From an uncultured Nitrososphaerales archaeon (lineage in GTDB: Archaea; Thermoproteota; Nitrososphaeria; Nitrososphaerales; Nitrososphaeraceae), in assembly GCA_963713605.1 (NCBI GenBank), contig CAVQMO010000010.1, positions 640,001 through 704,000 of the forward strand: DNA of 64,000 nucleotides, given 5' to 3'. Position 1 is the stretch's first letter; each line of letters opens with the position of its first letter. Below the pieces are notes generated by a model, which saw only the letters and a program-made list of their open reading frames with translations, searched no databases and was not told the origin of the DNA. Below, piece after piece: positions 22,770 to 33,712 of this stretch. A program made the position numbers and the translations under genes.

Positions 22770-23219
22770 TTGAGGTATTTCGTACTTGCTTGTATGGGTG
22801 ACAGGAGGCAAGACAGGGCTATGTCTTTTAATATCGAGCAAGAAAATTCTTCGCCGGATAGAATTTTGGTCGTAGATGACGAGTTAGACGTGAATATCTC
22901 TTTGCACATGGTTCTGGAAACTAATGGTTTCAAGGTGGATTCATATAGTGATCCTCGAGAAGTCCTTCAGAATTTTCGTCCCGGTGTTTATGGGCTCATA
23001 ATACTTGACATAAAGATGCCCCATCTCAATGGCCTTGCCCTATATCGTGAGCTAAAAAAAATCGATCATGATGCGAAGATTTGCTTTTTGACCGCAGGAG
23101 AAATGTTCTATGGCGACTATAGCGACATTTTCAATAGCGTGGGTGCTGACGGTTTTATGCGTAAACCTATAGAAAATCAAAAACTGGTCGAAAGGGTAAG
23201 GAAAATAATATCCAGTTAG
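22770..23219 (+). CDS. Single-domain response regulator (receiver); start probably slightly downstream
   Basis: ILVVDDE, LDIKMPHLNG, FLTA and KP. Confidence 0.92.
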   Translation: MRYFVLACMGDRRQDRAMSFNIEQENSSPDRILVVDDELDVNISLHMVLETNGFKVDSYSDPREVLQNFRPGVYGLIILDIKMPHLNGLALYRELKKIDHDAKICFLTAGEMFYGDYSDIFNSVGADGFMRKPIENQKLVERVRKIISS

Positions 23220-23748
23220 TCCTATCAGAGAGTTTTATAAAAATATTAGCAAACAATATTATTCCACACTTCAAGATCGGTACTGATTTGATAGAAATCC
23301 TGAGAATACACTTTTGGTAGTAGAGTAGACATATATGAAGATATAATTCTCTCAAGAGAGCCAATTTGAACAAGTGCGCGTAATATGATAAAGACCAAGA
23401 TATCAAAACTTGTAAATCATAGCCGGGGGATAATCGACATACATCTAAATATTCACCGATTACAAATTATTTCTAGGATAACGGAGCAAGCTCAACAAGA
23501 CCTTCGATTTCAACTTGGTGATTACACATTGCCGTATTTAAGGCATCATCACCTCAGATAGTTCGAGAAGAGTAAGGTGTCCCGTGAATGTGAGTCTAAA
23601 CGTTCCGTCTGAACCGTTTTACCTGTTGTGTTAAAGCAACTCTTTATGTTTTGTGTGATGTTTGATCTTTATGCTGTTTGGGTATCATCTTTGTGCGACC
23701 ATTGAAAGTCATCATTAATATTATGAATTCTACCTTAACATCATTGTA

Positions 23749-24456
23749 ATGACCGATTCAAGCAATGGGAATCCTAATCTAGTACATCTTGGTCAACTAA
23801 AGGCTTCAATTTCCCAACCAGAGCAAGAAACTATCATTGATTCACTAAAAAACATAGATCCTATTAGGCATCATTATTATTTCAACCTCTTTCTCGGCAA
23901 GACGAAGGAAGGAACTGTGTGCTATTTTCCTGAAAGTTATAGGAAAGGCTATCAAGATTTTCTGGATGACCAGAAATTGTTGATCGAATTAGAACTATTT
24001 GCCACAGGTCAATCCTCAGATGGAGATTGGGTTTTCTTGCCAAGTTATTTCCAAGGAGTCGATGCAGCTAGGAATGAACTGAAGTTTGCGTTGCTCGCCG
24101 AAGGTCAGAGGAGGCTTTTTGATGAAACCTCAAAGGCTGGACAAGAGGCTTTGAAACAATCGCAGTCAGTTGGGAATGTCGTTGCTGAAAACACACGGAA
24201 CAAAGATGCTTTAACTACGCTTCAAACTGGATATGAAAATTTGCGTTCCGAGAATCAGAATCTAAAGGAAATGGTCGAAAGCCAGAGGAAAATTGTTGAT
24301 GAGTACAAGAAGGAAATTGAAGAATTGAAAGGGCAATTGCAAGAGGTAAGGACCGTGCTCCCGGGTGCCAACGTACAACAAACTAAGAGTTCAAGCACCG
24401 CCACGCGCAGCAACGATAAGCGAGGAGAAAAGCGAAAAGGATCTGCGTTCTCTTGA
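23749..24456 (+). CDS. Hypothetical protein with C-terminal coiled coil
   Basis: 235-aa ORF with heptad-like LQTGYENLRSENQNLKEMVESQ...LKGQL. Confidence 0.7.
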   Translation: MTDSSNGNPNLVHLGQLKASISQPEQETIIDSLKNIDPIRHHYYFNLFLGKTKEGTVCYFPESYRKGYQDFLDDQKLLIELELFATGQSSDGDWVFLPSYFQGVDAARNELKFALLAEGQRRLFDETSKAGQEALKQSQSVGNVVAENTRNKDALTTLQTGYENLRSENQNLKEMVESQRKIVDEYKKEIEELKGQLQEVRTVLPGANVQQTKSSSTATRSNDKRGEKRKGSAFS

Positions 24457-24553
24457 GATTATATATATTGTCGTGTTGAGATCGCATGTCCACAAACCAA
24501 AATCCTGAAAATGTATTATTCCTGAAAATGTGAGTGATTGCTGTCCAAAATCT

Positions 24554-24653
24554 ACGATGCCTTGAATAATGTCTTCAAATAACGATGCCTTGAATAATGT
24601 CTTCAAATAACGATGCCTTGAATAATGTCTTCAAATAACGATGCCTTGAATAA
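24554..24653. repeat. Intergenic 28-bp perfect tandem repeat, about 3.5 copies
   Basis: Unit ACGATGCCTTGAATAATGTCTTCAAATA at 24554, 24582 and 24610, partial at 24638. Confidence 0.95.
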
Positions 24654-24844
24654 ACGATGGATATGACTATTCACACACTTCGGGCTCGCTATTTTAATTC
24701 CTATCTCTATCCGATTGATCGACACGACTACAACATATAAGAAGCATGCTTTGAGTTGGTTAGGCGGATAACTTTGCCGTAATTCTGCTTAGCCAACCAT
24801 GATACTTTTTCCTCTGAAATGATAAATAGGGAGTAGACTAGTTT

Positions 24845-25195
24845 CTACTTATTAAAAAAGGCTTGGACATTTGGTCTATATAGATAGTAAATTATTATGG
24901 CATTGATGATAATATGAAATATCAATCCAAGGTTTCCAACTACTATAGAACCTATCCCTACTATTATTCCAATTCCAGATAGAATTAGCGTTAGTGTCCA
25001 AGCCCAACCCTTCCCCTTCCATAACCCGTAAGCCATCAGAAGATAAGCCAGTCCCAGAATGAACAAACCACTACCGATGAAGATTCCAGCTAGTGGAATA
25101 AATAACGTCCCAAATCCGCTGGCAAGGAAAGCAATGCCACCAAGTATGGCAAGCAAAGCAATTATTGTAACCCCTATAGGTCTCTGTTTGTACAT
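24845..25195 (-). CDS. Small four-TM membrane protein
   Basis: RPIGVTIIA, YGLWKGKGWAW and YYLYRPNVQAFF: a common archaeal membrane family pattern. Confidence 0.8.
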   Translation of the reverse strand: MYKQRPIGVTIIALLAILGGIAFLASGFGTLFIPLAGIFIGSGLFILGLAYLLMAYGLWKGKGWAWTLTLILSGIGIIVGIGSIVVGNLGLIFHIIINAIIIYYLYRPNVQAFFNK

Positions 25196-25930
25196 TTTTG
25201 GTAATCTCTGTGAACTATATACAATCCAGAATATAACCAAATTGGAATTTTCTTCTCTAACTGAAATAACTGAAATATATTGAACTAATGATCTTTTTGA
25301 GAACCTCTATATATTAAGCGTCAACTATTTACACGCTGTAGTCTGCCTTGTTTTCAAGATAGCGCGATTTTCTGGATATTTTAGGTGTCTTTAACTTCGA
25401 CAGAGAAGGATTCAACACTAAAGCGAGATACATACCATTGCATTTCATTATGACATCCACCATGGATGAGGGCGTAAGAGATGATTCTCGACTATCGTTT
25501 TCATTCTCGAACATTAGAATTAGTTCCTAAAATGACTATTACGAATGCCCACGGGGAAGGAGATGAAGATAAAGATGAATTGGGATTCGCGATGCAAAGA
25601 ATTCAATTTTCGTAAAATCGGTTAGATCATGCTATTACTGTCATTCGACTGGTATTGTCGAAGCCTTAAAGAGGTAACAGATGAAAAATATGAGCTTCTC
25701 GTATTTTAACAATCTTATAGGTAATTCCAGAATCCCTTTGGTTTCCAGAATGTAATAACAAATAGTTCAAAAAATGAAGGGACTGCTTTTGGAAGGAAGA
25801 AAATAAAGATAAGTAGCATTATCTGCATTTGCAATCACACATCGATTCAAGTAATGCGGTATGGTTACGGATACAAGACTATGGAAGACATATAGCTAAA
25901 ATATATAAGCCATAGCGTTCGGTCAAATTT

Positions 25931-28900
25931 GTGCATATTAGAGGGACGTCTTTACAAACATATTTGTTTCTAACAATGGCGTTGGCCGCGATAGGCCTCC
26001 AGGTCGTGCCAATAAGCCAAATTTTCGCCACATCATCAGCTGGCTCAGCATCTGCAGCGTCGGGAGGATCAGCTTCAGCAGCTGCTGCAGCTGCGGGTGA
26101 CGCGGCTTCAGCAGCTGCTTCAGCGGCAGGTGCCTCATCAGGCAGCGGCTGCATCAGCAGGCGAGGCAGCATCTGCAGCAGCCTCGTCAACAGGAGAAGG
26201 ATCAGCCGCTGCCTCAGCGGCGGGTTCTTCCGGACAACGTTCAGCCGCAGCTGCGGCAGCAGCAGCAGGATATTCAGCTGCAGCGGCTGGAGCAGCCTCG
26301 TCCAACGGTGATGCAGCCGCGGCAGCGGCAGCCGGTGCATCAGCCGCGGGCAGCGGCAGCCGGTGCATCAGCCGCGGCAGCGGCAGCAGCGGGTTCAGCC
26401 GCTGCAGCCGCGGCCGCTTCTGGCTACGAGTCGGCTGCTGCTGCCGAGCAGCAGCAGCGGCAGCTGGCAACGGTGGTTCAGCAGCTGCAACGGCGAGCAG
26501 CAGCCGGGGGAGCTGCTGCAGGTGTAGCAGCTGCCGACGGTTATTCTGCTGCGGCCGCAGCTGCAGCAGCGTCTGGTCGGTCTGGTGCTGCCGCCGCAGC
26601 AGCCGGCAGCACAGGAGCTTCATCAGCCGCTGCCGGTTGTTCAGCTGCAGCCGCAGCTGCAGCAGCTAACGGTGCGGCCGCTGCGGCCGCTGCCGCAGCT
26701 TCTTCCGGCGGTGGATCGTCTTCTGCAGCTGCCGCAGTAGCAGCGGGCCAAGCAGCAGCCTCAGCAGCAGCATCAGGTGGGTGTTCCGTATCAGCAGCTG
26801 CAGCGCAGCAAGTGCAGCATCTTCGGCAGCCGCAGGAGGTTCAGCCCGCCGCAGCCGCAGCCGCAGGAGGTTCAGCCGCCGCAGCCGCAGCTGCAGCAGC
26901 CACAGGAGGTTCAGCCCGCGCAGCCGCAGCGGCAGCAGGGGCGGCTTCGGCAGCTGCCTGCAGCTGGCGGATCATCTGCTGTTGCAGCTGCCGCAGCAGG
27001 TGGCGGCGCAGCCGGGGCGGCAGCTGCTGCAGCCGGGAGTGCAGGCAGCAGCAGCAGCATCGAGCTCAGGGCTTAGCGGCGCAGCGGGCAGCAGCAGCAG
27101 CTGGTGGGGCAGCCGCAGCGGCAGCAGGCAGCAGCTGGTCGGGCAGCCGGAGGCAGCAGCAGCCTCAGCAGGTGGCGGTGCAGCCGCAGCAGCAGCAGCG
27201 GCAGGAAGTGCAGCCGCAGCCGCAGCTAGTGGTAGTGGTGCAGCAGCCGCAGCAGCAGCAGGAAGTGCAGCAGGTGCAGCAGCAGCCGCAGCTGCAGCAG
27301 GTAGCGGCGGTGCAGCAGCAGCCGCAGCCGCGGCTGGCCAGGCGAGCAGCCGCAGCCACAGCATCAGCCGGTGGCTCTGCAGCAGCAGCAGCAGCAGCAG
27401 GTGCAGCAGCATCAGCCGGAGCAGCAGGTAGTTCAGCCGCAGCTGCAGCAGCAGGTAGTGGTGCAGCCGCAGGAGCAGCTGCAGCGGGTGGTGGTGCAGC
27501 CGGCAGCAGCCGCAGCAGCTGGTAATGCAGCTGCTGCAGCAGCATCATCAGCCGGTGAGGATGATGCAGTCAGCGAGCAGCCTCAGCAGCAGCATCCGGT
27601 GGTGGTGCAGCGGCAGGTGCAGCAGCAGGTGAGGGCAGCAGCCGCAGCAGCAGCATCCGGTGGTGATGCAGCAGCAGGTGCAGCAGCAGCCTCAGCAGCC
27701 GCAGGCAGCAGCCTCATCAACAGGCAGTGAATCAGGCAGCAGCAGCAGCAGGCAGCATCATCAGCCGGTGAAGATCCAGCAGCAGCCGGCAGCAGCAGCA
27801 GCAGGGCAGTCAGGCAGCAGCAGCAGCAGGAGCGGGTGAAGCGCGGCAGCAGGAGCAGTAGCAGCGGGTGAAGATCCAGCCGCAGCAGCTGCCCTCAGCA
27901 GCTGAAGAAAATGGAGGCTCAGCAGCCGCCGCAGCTGCCGCAGGTCAAGCGAGCAGGACAGTCAGGCAGCAGGCAGCAGCAGCAGCAGAAGGAGCTGGTC
28001 AGGATCCAGCAGAAGCCGGCAGCAGCTGCAGCAGCGGCAGGCGCATCGGAACCTGAACAGGCGCAAGAAAGCGCTGCCTGGGGCAGCTGGAGCTGCGCAG
28101 ACTCTTCAAACTCAGATCGAAGAGCCTACTGAAGAAGGAGCGCCACAGCAGCAACAACAACAATTAGCACCTCCAGAAGACGGTGTAGCACCTCCAGAAG
28201 ACGGTGTAGCACCTCCAGAAGATGATGAACAACAGCGGCAATTATTGGCCCCAGATGGTGCGCACTCCAGAAGGGGGCAGCTCCAGAGTGTGATCCTCCT
28301 GAAGTACTAAATCCAGATACAAATCAATGCGAAGCTCCTCAAGAAGCAGCTCCAGAGTGTGATCCTCCTGAAGTACTAAATCCAGATACAAATCAATGCG
28401 AAGCTCCTCAAGAAGCAGCTCCAGAGTGTGATCCTCCTGAAGTACCTAAATCCAGATACAAATCAATGCGAAGCTCCTCAAGAAGCAGCTCCAGAGTGTG
28501 ATCCTCCTGAAGTACTAAATCCAGATACAAATCAATGCGAAGCTCCTCAAGAAGCAGCTCCAGAGTGTGATCCTCCTGAAGTACTAAATCCAGATACAAA
28601 TCAATGCGAAGCTCCTCAAGAAGCAGCTCCAGAGTGTGATCCTCCTGAAGTACTAAATCCAGATACAAATCAATGCGAAGCTCCTCAAGAAGCAGCTCCA
28701 GAGTGTGATCCTCTGAGGACTAAATCCAGATACAAATCAATGCGAAGCTCCTCAAGAAGCACTCCAGAGTGTGATCCTCCTGAAGTACTAAATCCAGATA
28801 CAAATCAATGCGAAGCTCCTCAAGAAGCAGCTTCCAGAGTGTGATCCTCCTGAAGTACTAAATCCAGATACAAATCAATGCGAAGCTCCTCAAGAAGCAG

Positions 28901-29523
28901 CTCCAGAGTGTGATCCTCCTGAAGTACTAAATCCAGATACAAATCAATGCGAAGCTCCTCAAGAAGCAGCTCCAGAGTGTGATCCTCCTGAAGTACTAAA
29001 TCCAGATACAAATCAATGCGAATCTCCTCAAGAAGCAGCCTCCAGAGTGTGATCCTCCTGAAGTACTAAATCCAGATACAAATCAATGCGAAGCTCCTCA
29101 AGAAGCAGCTCCAGAGTGTGATCCTCCTGAAGTACTAAATCCAGATACAAATCAATGCGAAGCTCCTCAAGAAGCAGCTCCAGACGGTGGTGCGAGCCCC
29201 AGACGGTGGTGCAGGTCCACAGGCAGCAATTTGCAGCTCCAGAAGATACAACTCCTATCTGTACTCCTCCTGAGGTTTTGAACACTGACACCGGTGAATG
29301 CGAGGTTCCGGAACCGCCTCCAGGTGACAATGAAGCAGTAGCTCCTCAAGTAGGCGTTCCCTCCTGTCTTCCTGGCGAGGTGTTCAATCCTGCCACAGGA
29401 ATATGCGAGGTTACTCCTCCAACTGAATCAGGCGATCAACCACCTAACAATGGTGGAATACCGTCAGGACCACCAGCGAATGGAGAAACTGATGGCGATG
29501 GAGACCAGCCAGACCAAGAGTGA
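25931..29523 (+). CDS. Large secreted poly-Ala/Gly/Ser repeat protein with C-terminal Cys-pair repeats; probably one gene broken by many indels
   Basis: Signal peptide ending QIFA, then about 2 kb of GCN-rich codons giving A(5-8)G blocks in alternating frames, an APPEDGV linker, 13x CDPPEVLNPDTNQCEAPQEAAPE and a Pro/acidic tail. Stop at 29523, followed by a T-tract. Confidence 0.7.
28277..29183 (+). repeat. 69-bp coding tandem repeat, 13 copies
   Basis: Unit GCAGCTCCAGAGTGTGATCCTCCTGAAGTACTAAATCCAGATACAAATCAATGCGAAGCTCCTCAAGAA, without spacers. Confidence 0.95.
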
Positions 29524-30113
29524 TCATTATACGCGAGCAAATCATATACGACCCATTTTTTTTAGAATTTCATATTATTGTCAAGAATGCGAAATATCTT
29601 TGACAACTATGGCGCCATGTCAAGCCGCCGGAGAGTACGTAATTACGAAATATTATAGGTTTACCGAAGCGACAGAATTTCGTGATAACAATATAGAACG
29701 TGGAAGTAGGTAGTGGAGTAGAGTATATAGCTTTTGCTTGAGTAATATTTTATGGAATGGCCTATCTTTCGCCTATCTTCAGGATCGTGAATGTTTTGTG
29801 GTCCCTCTCCTTGAAGTCCAGCTCTAAACACATACAATTAAAACCATACTCTTTTGAAGAATGAAATAATTTGTTATGGTGCTTGAATTGATGCGTGATT
29901 CAATATGCTTCAACCGTGTCCAAGATTGAACAACGTTACCTGTTGTTGAATTCGTGACTAAACTATTCCAATGCTAAATCGACTGCAGTGATATGAAATT
30001 GACATTTCTGCGCTATCACGGCGACAAAATCACGTACGAGAAACGCAGTCGGTGTCGTACATATTTCAAAACCACATTTCGAACTTATTTGAGGAAAATA
30101 TTACTGCTTACAT

Positions 30114-30986
30114 TCAGAAGACCGATTTAAGTGCCTTTACGAATTTGGATGAATCTGAAACCCATCCAAAGACCCCACCTTGCATCTTTATTTGCTTTAT
30201 AGCAGCCTGATAATTGTCGTAGTCAGTAGCTCCAGTACCATCTTTTAGTAACAAGCACCAGTATCCATTGTCGTTGGCTTCCCTCATTATGGTGTGTACA
30301 CACACATCGGTCGTGATTCCTGTTATGATAAGATGGGTAATACCAAGATTCCGTAAAATCAATGGCAGGTTACTCTGGCCAAATGCGCCTTTACCTGCCT
30401 TGTCTACCACATATTCTCCTGGAATTGGATAAACGTCATCTATGATGTCCCAATTTTTTTCACCCCTTATGAGTAGCCTGCCCAAACCTCCTTTAGGAGT
30501 ATCACCGATTCCTATTCCGTTTCCAATAATTTTACTGCGGAGTATTTTATTGTAAGGCGCGTCAGAGAGATCCGGAAGATGCCCTTCCCTAGTATGGACC
30601 ACCTTGATGTCTGTTCCATTTCGAATTGTCTCCAAGGCATACATAATCTGTTTTATGGGAGCCGAGGTTAACCCAAGATCATATCCCATTACATCCACGT
30701 ATCCCTTTGAACCACAAAAATCAACTTGCATATCCACGCTTATGAATGCAGTTCTAGCTGAATCAAATTCAACAAATGCTTTGTCACCAAACCGTGGACA
30801 ATCCTCAACTTCTACTGTTAAAAGTTTACCTTTAACAGGACCATAAAGCCAGGTAGGAAATTTGAATGTATGACTTACCTTAAATTCCTCGTAGTCTCTT
30901 TCAACCTTGCTCACAATTTCATCTTTAACTCTAGTTGACATACTATTTTCAGATTTTCTTGCTCTTAGAGAATTAGTCTTCCTCAT
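30114..30986 (-). CDS. biuH: Biuret amidohydrolase (isochorismatase-family cysteine hydrolase)
   Basis: DMQVDFC..GYVDVMGYDL, HTREGH.PDLSD, DKAGKGAF, GITTDVCV..MREAND and KMQGGVFG closely follow BiuH as recalled. Confidence 0.8.
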   Translation of the reverse strand: MRKTNSLRARKSENSMSTRVKDEIVSKVERDYEEFKVSHTFKFPTWLYGPVKGKLLTVEVEDCPRFGDKAFVEFDSARTAFISVDMQVDFCGSKGYVDVMGYDLGLTSAPIKQIMYALETIRNGTDIKVVHTREGHLPDLSDAPYNKILRSKIIGNGIGIGDTPKGGLGRLLIRGEKNWDIIDDVYPIPGEYVVDKAGKGAFGQSNLPLILRNLGITHLIITGITTDVCVHTIMREANDNGYWCLLLKDGTGATDYDNYQAAIKQIKMQGGVFGWVSDSSKFVKALKSVF

Positions 30987-31274
30987 TAAAATTCGTCACC
31001 AAATTCAGTTACCAGCGTTTCTTTCGTCAACTTGTATAGTCAATCCTGAGAATAACGCTGTTGATGCACAGTACAAAATCCCATTAGATGAGAAGCAAGT
31101 TTGGTCACTCCAGGAGGCAATTCTAAATTTCGATACAATTGACAGGCGATATCATGTCGATTAATATAAGGATTAACTATCATTCTTTCTATTTGAAGAA
31201 AATATGATTAGAAAAAAAAACAATTTCATTTATGCAAAAATCTAACTACGACGTATTAGGGAGCCATAATCAGC

Positions 31275-32755
31275 TCATACGTTCCTATCGCTCAAGCAGG
31301 GTGCAAACATTCTTTCAGAAATTTTTGAATTACTCTCATACACGTTTGCAAGACTAAGAAGAAGACCTTCGTCGAATTCCCTTCCGACGAGCTGAACACC
31401 AACAGGAAGGATGCCGTTTACAAGTCCTGCAGGGACGTTAAGCGAGGGTAGACCTGTGACATCAAAGACAGTGGTAAGTCTACTGAGTGCTATATAGACC
31501 TCCGTATTTTTACCATTGATCTCTATCGAAGTGTCTTCCAACTTGGGAGCACTAATGGCAGTTGTTGGGTACTAACAGGCCATCCAGTCCCCTCATGGCT
31601 CTCAAAAAGTCGTCCTTTAGCTCCTTCTTGTAGCGAAGTGCAGTTATATATTCAACAGCAGTAATTTTGGTCCCTCTTTCAAGCATGGCCAACACATCAC
31701 TTCCGTACTCATTGCGCCTAGAATTCAGCCATGTAGAATGAACCGCTGCCTGATTCACCTAATCGGAACGCCTTCCAAGCGTCAGAAATCTTGTGTGTCT
31801 CATTTAAGGAAACTGGGACCGTTGAGATCCCACATCCGTGCATCTCATCCAAACAGTCTTCAAAAATTTCCATAACGCTTGAATCGATTAGATCAAAAAA
31901 GTACTGTTCGGGTACACCCAAAGTAAATTTTCTAGACTTGTTCAAGGTCTCGGATACAATTTGAAGGTAATTAGGAACGGGCAAGTCCAGTGTTGATTCA
32001 TCCAATATGTCATAGCCAGCAATCGCTTGCAATAGCGCCGCCGTATCCCATGCAGTTCGTGCAATTGGCCCAACATGGTCGATCGATGGGGCCAACGGCA
32101 TCACTCCATATTTGCTGACTCTCCCGTATGTGGGTTTTAAACCGAAAAGCCCACATAATGAGGAAGGAACTCGGATAGAACCACTGGTATCAGTTCCTAG
32201 AGAGCCTACCGCCATCCCTGCGCTTACAGCAACTGCTGAACCACCACTGGAACCCCCTGACATTCTACTAGGATCCCATGGGTTCCTTGATGAGCCATAA
32301 TGGGGATTTATGTTGGTAATTCCGCAAGCGAATTCATGAGTATTGTTCGTGCCCACTATAATTGCCCCAGCTTCCTTGAGTCTTTTCACTACAGTAGCAT
32401 CATAGTCAGGCACAAAGTCTGAAAGTATCCTTGAGCCACTGGTACTTCTTACGCCCCTAACGTAAATTAGATCCTTCAAACTCACAGGGATTCCGTGCAA
32501 TGGACCCAAGTATTTACCATCACGTATATCCACCTCCGCCTTTTTCGCTTCCTTTCTGGCAGAATCTCCTGTCACAGTTATGTATGCATGAACCTCTTCG
32601 TTTAGGTCATTGATCCTCTCAAGTGTTTCTTCAACCAGATCGACCGGTGACAAAGACTTGGAAGAAATGAGCTTGGAGAGCTCATGAATACTGGATCCTA
32701 CAGTTTTTGTACTTGTAAATTCCCGCACTAATCTATTCATTCTCCTGGTTGTCAC
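31275..32755 (-). CDS. Amidase-signature family enzyme (AtzE/AtzF/GatA-like), two indels
   Basis: GPLHGIPVSLKD, GGSSGGS, GTDTSGSIRVPSSLCG and GLPSLNVP...PVGVQLVG across three ORFs. Confidence 0.88.
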
Positions 32756-33131
32756 TGGTGGCAGGAGTAACAGATTTTTCCATCATGATGTTGCAGCCTT
32801 TTGACTCTCTTCCATGCCTCACTGTAACTTCGTGCAATGTTAGTTACTAATGTGTCGACTTAATATCCTTATTATATCATTTTGAAAAATCGTTACATAT
32901 ATCAATAGAAGCAGCATTGTGGATATATGCAAACCATGAACATTGCTAACCAATTTTCATATTATTTACAACATCTAGGTACGCAACAATAAGGATGTGG
33001 ACAGATATTGTGGTTCGCTGTTAATTAGCAAGCTTACATTTAGCAAATCACCCGAGGTTACGCCTCACTTACTGGTGAAAGTTTAATATATATTTAAAAA
33101 TAAAATCTTATGTTATCAACCCTGTCGCTGT

Positions 33132-33686
33132 ATGAAATCAATATTGAAGCCCAGAAAAAGACGTTCAAAGGGCAATCAAGATAGTTTTTCAGGCCAGTCC
33201 TTGGTTTCGATCGTTGCACCATCAATTGAATTGTTCAACATAATTCATGAGGCGTGCTCGGTTTTAGAAAACTTTGGTATCCCATACGAGACTACCATTG
33301 TTGCCGCTCACAGATCACCTATCAGGGCAATCAAATATGCAAGTAATCTTGAAGTTAGGGGGATAGAAGTTGTCCTCGCTTGCGGAACCGGATCAGCACA
33401 TCTCCCTGGAATGATAGCTTCGTTTACCAACCTTCCTGTAATTGGAATACCTTTGGCACATGCTTCATCCCTATTGGGCGGTACGGATTCTTTGCTTTCT
33501 ATGATTCAGATGCCTCAAGGGGTGCCAGTTGCCACAGTAGGTTTAGGTTCCGCGTACAATGCTGCTCTTCTAGCCTGTCAGATTCTGAGTCTTAAATATC
33601 ATTTTTTAAGGGAAAGGCTTCAATTGCACAAGCAAAAGATGGAGGAGAAGGTAGAATCTGATCAAAGCTACTTAAAAGTTAGTTAA
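33132..33686 (+). CDS. purE: PurE-family (N5-CAIR mutase-like) protein, atypical
   Basis: AAHRSP, AHLPGMIA, DSLLSMIQMPQGVPVATV and NAALLA; the MGSxSD loop is replaced by APSIEL. Confidence 0.75.
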   Translation: MKSILKPRKRRSKGNQDSFSGQSLVSIVAPSIELFNIIHEACSVLENFGIPYETTIVAAHRSPIRAIKYASNLEVRGIEVVLACGTGSAHLPGMIASFTNLPVIGIPLAHASSLLGGTDSLLSMIQMPQGVPVATVGLGSAYNAALLACQILSLKYHFLRERLQLHKQKMEEKVESDQSYLKVS

Positions 33687-33712
33687 CCATTTAAGATTGG
33701 AAGGCAATCGCT

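Noticed and set aside
24554..24653. Mini-CRISPR
   Set aside because: The 28-bp units abut directly with no spacers.
26000..28100. High-GC foreign DNA or contamination
   Set aside because: The GC rise is explained by Ala/Gly codons, third positions stay A-rich, and the flanks and leader are host-like.
25879..28132. Poly-Gln, Cys-rich or Leu-rich ORFs and reverse-strand ORFs in the GCA-rich region (also 46863-48507)
   Set aside because: They are alternative-frame readings of GCA repeats; only the Ala frame follows the signal peptide.
28277..29183. CRISPR array
   Set aside because: Units are contiguous 69-bp repeats with no unique spacers, they encode an in-frame peptide, and no cas genes are present.
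31275..32755. gatA (Glu-tRNA amidotransferase subunit A)
   Set aside because: No gatB or gatC neighbours, and the context is catabolic; left as a generic amidase.
32753..32815. 20-aa upstream ORF MEESQRLQHHDGKICYSCHQ with a CxxCH motif overlapping the amidase start
   Set aside because: Too short, has no signal peptide, and is plausibly chance.
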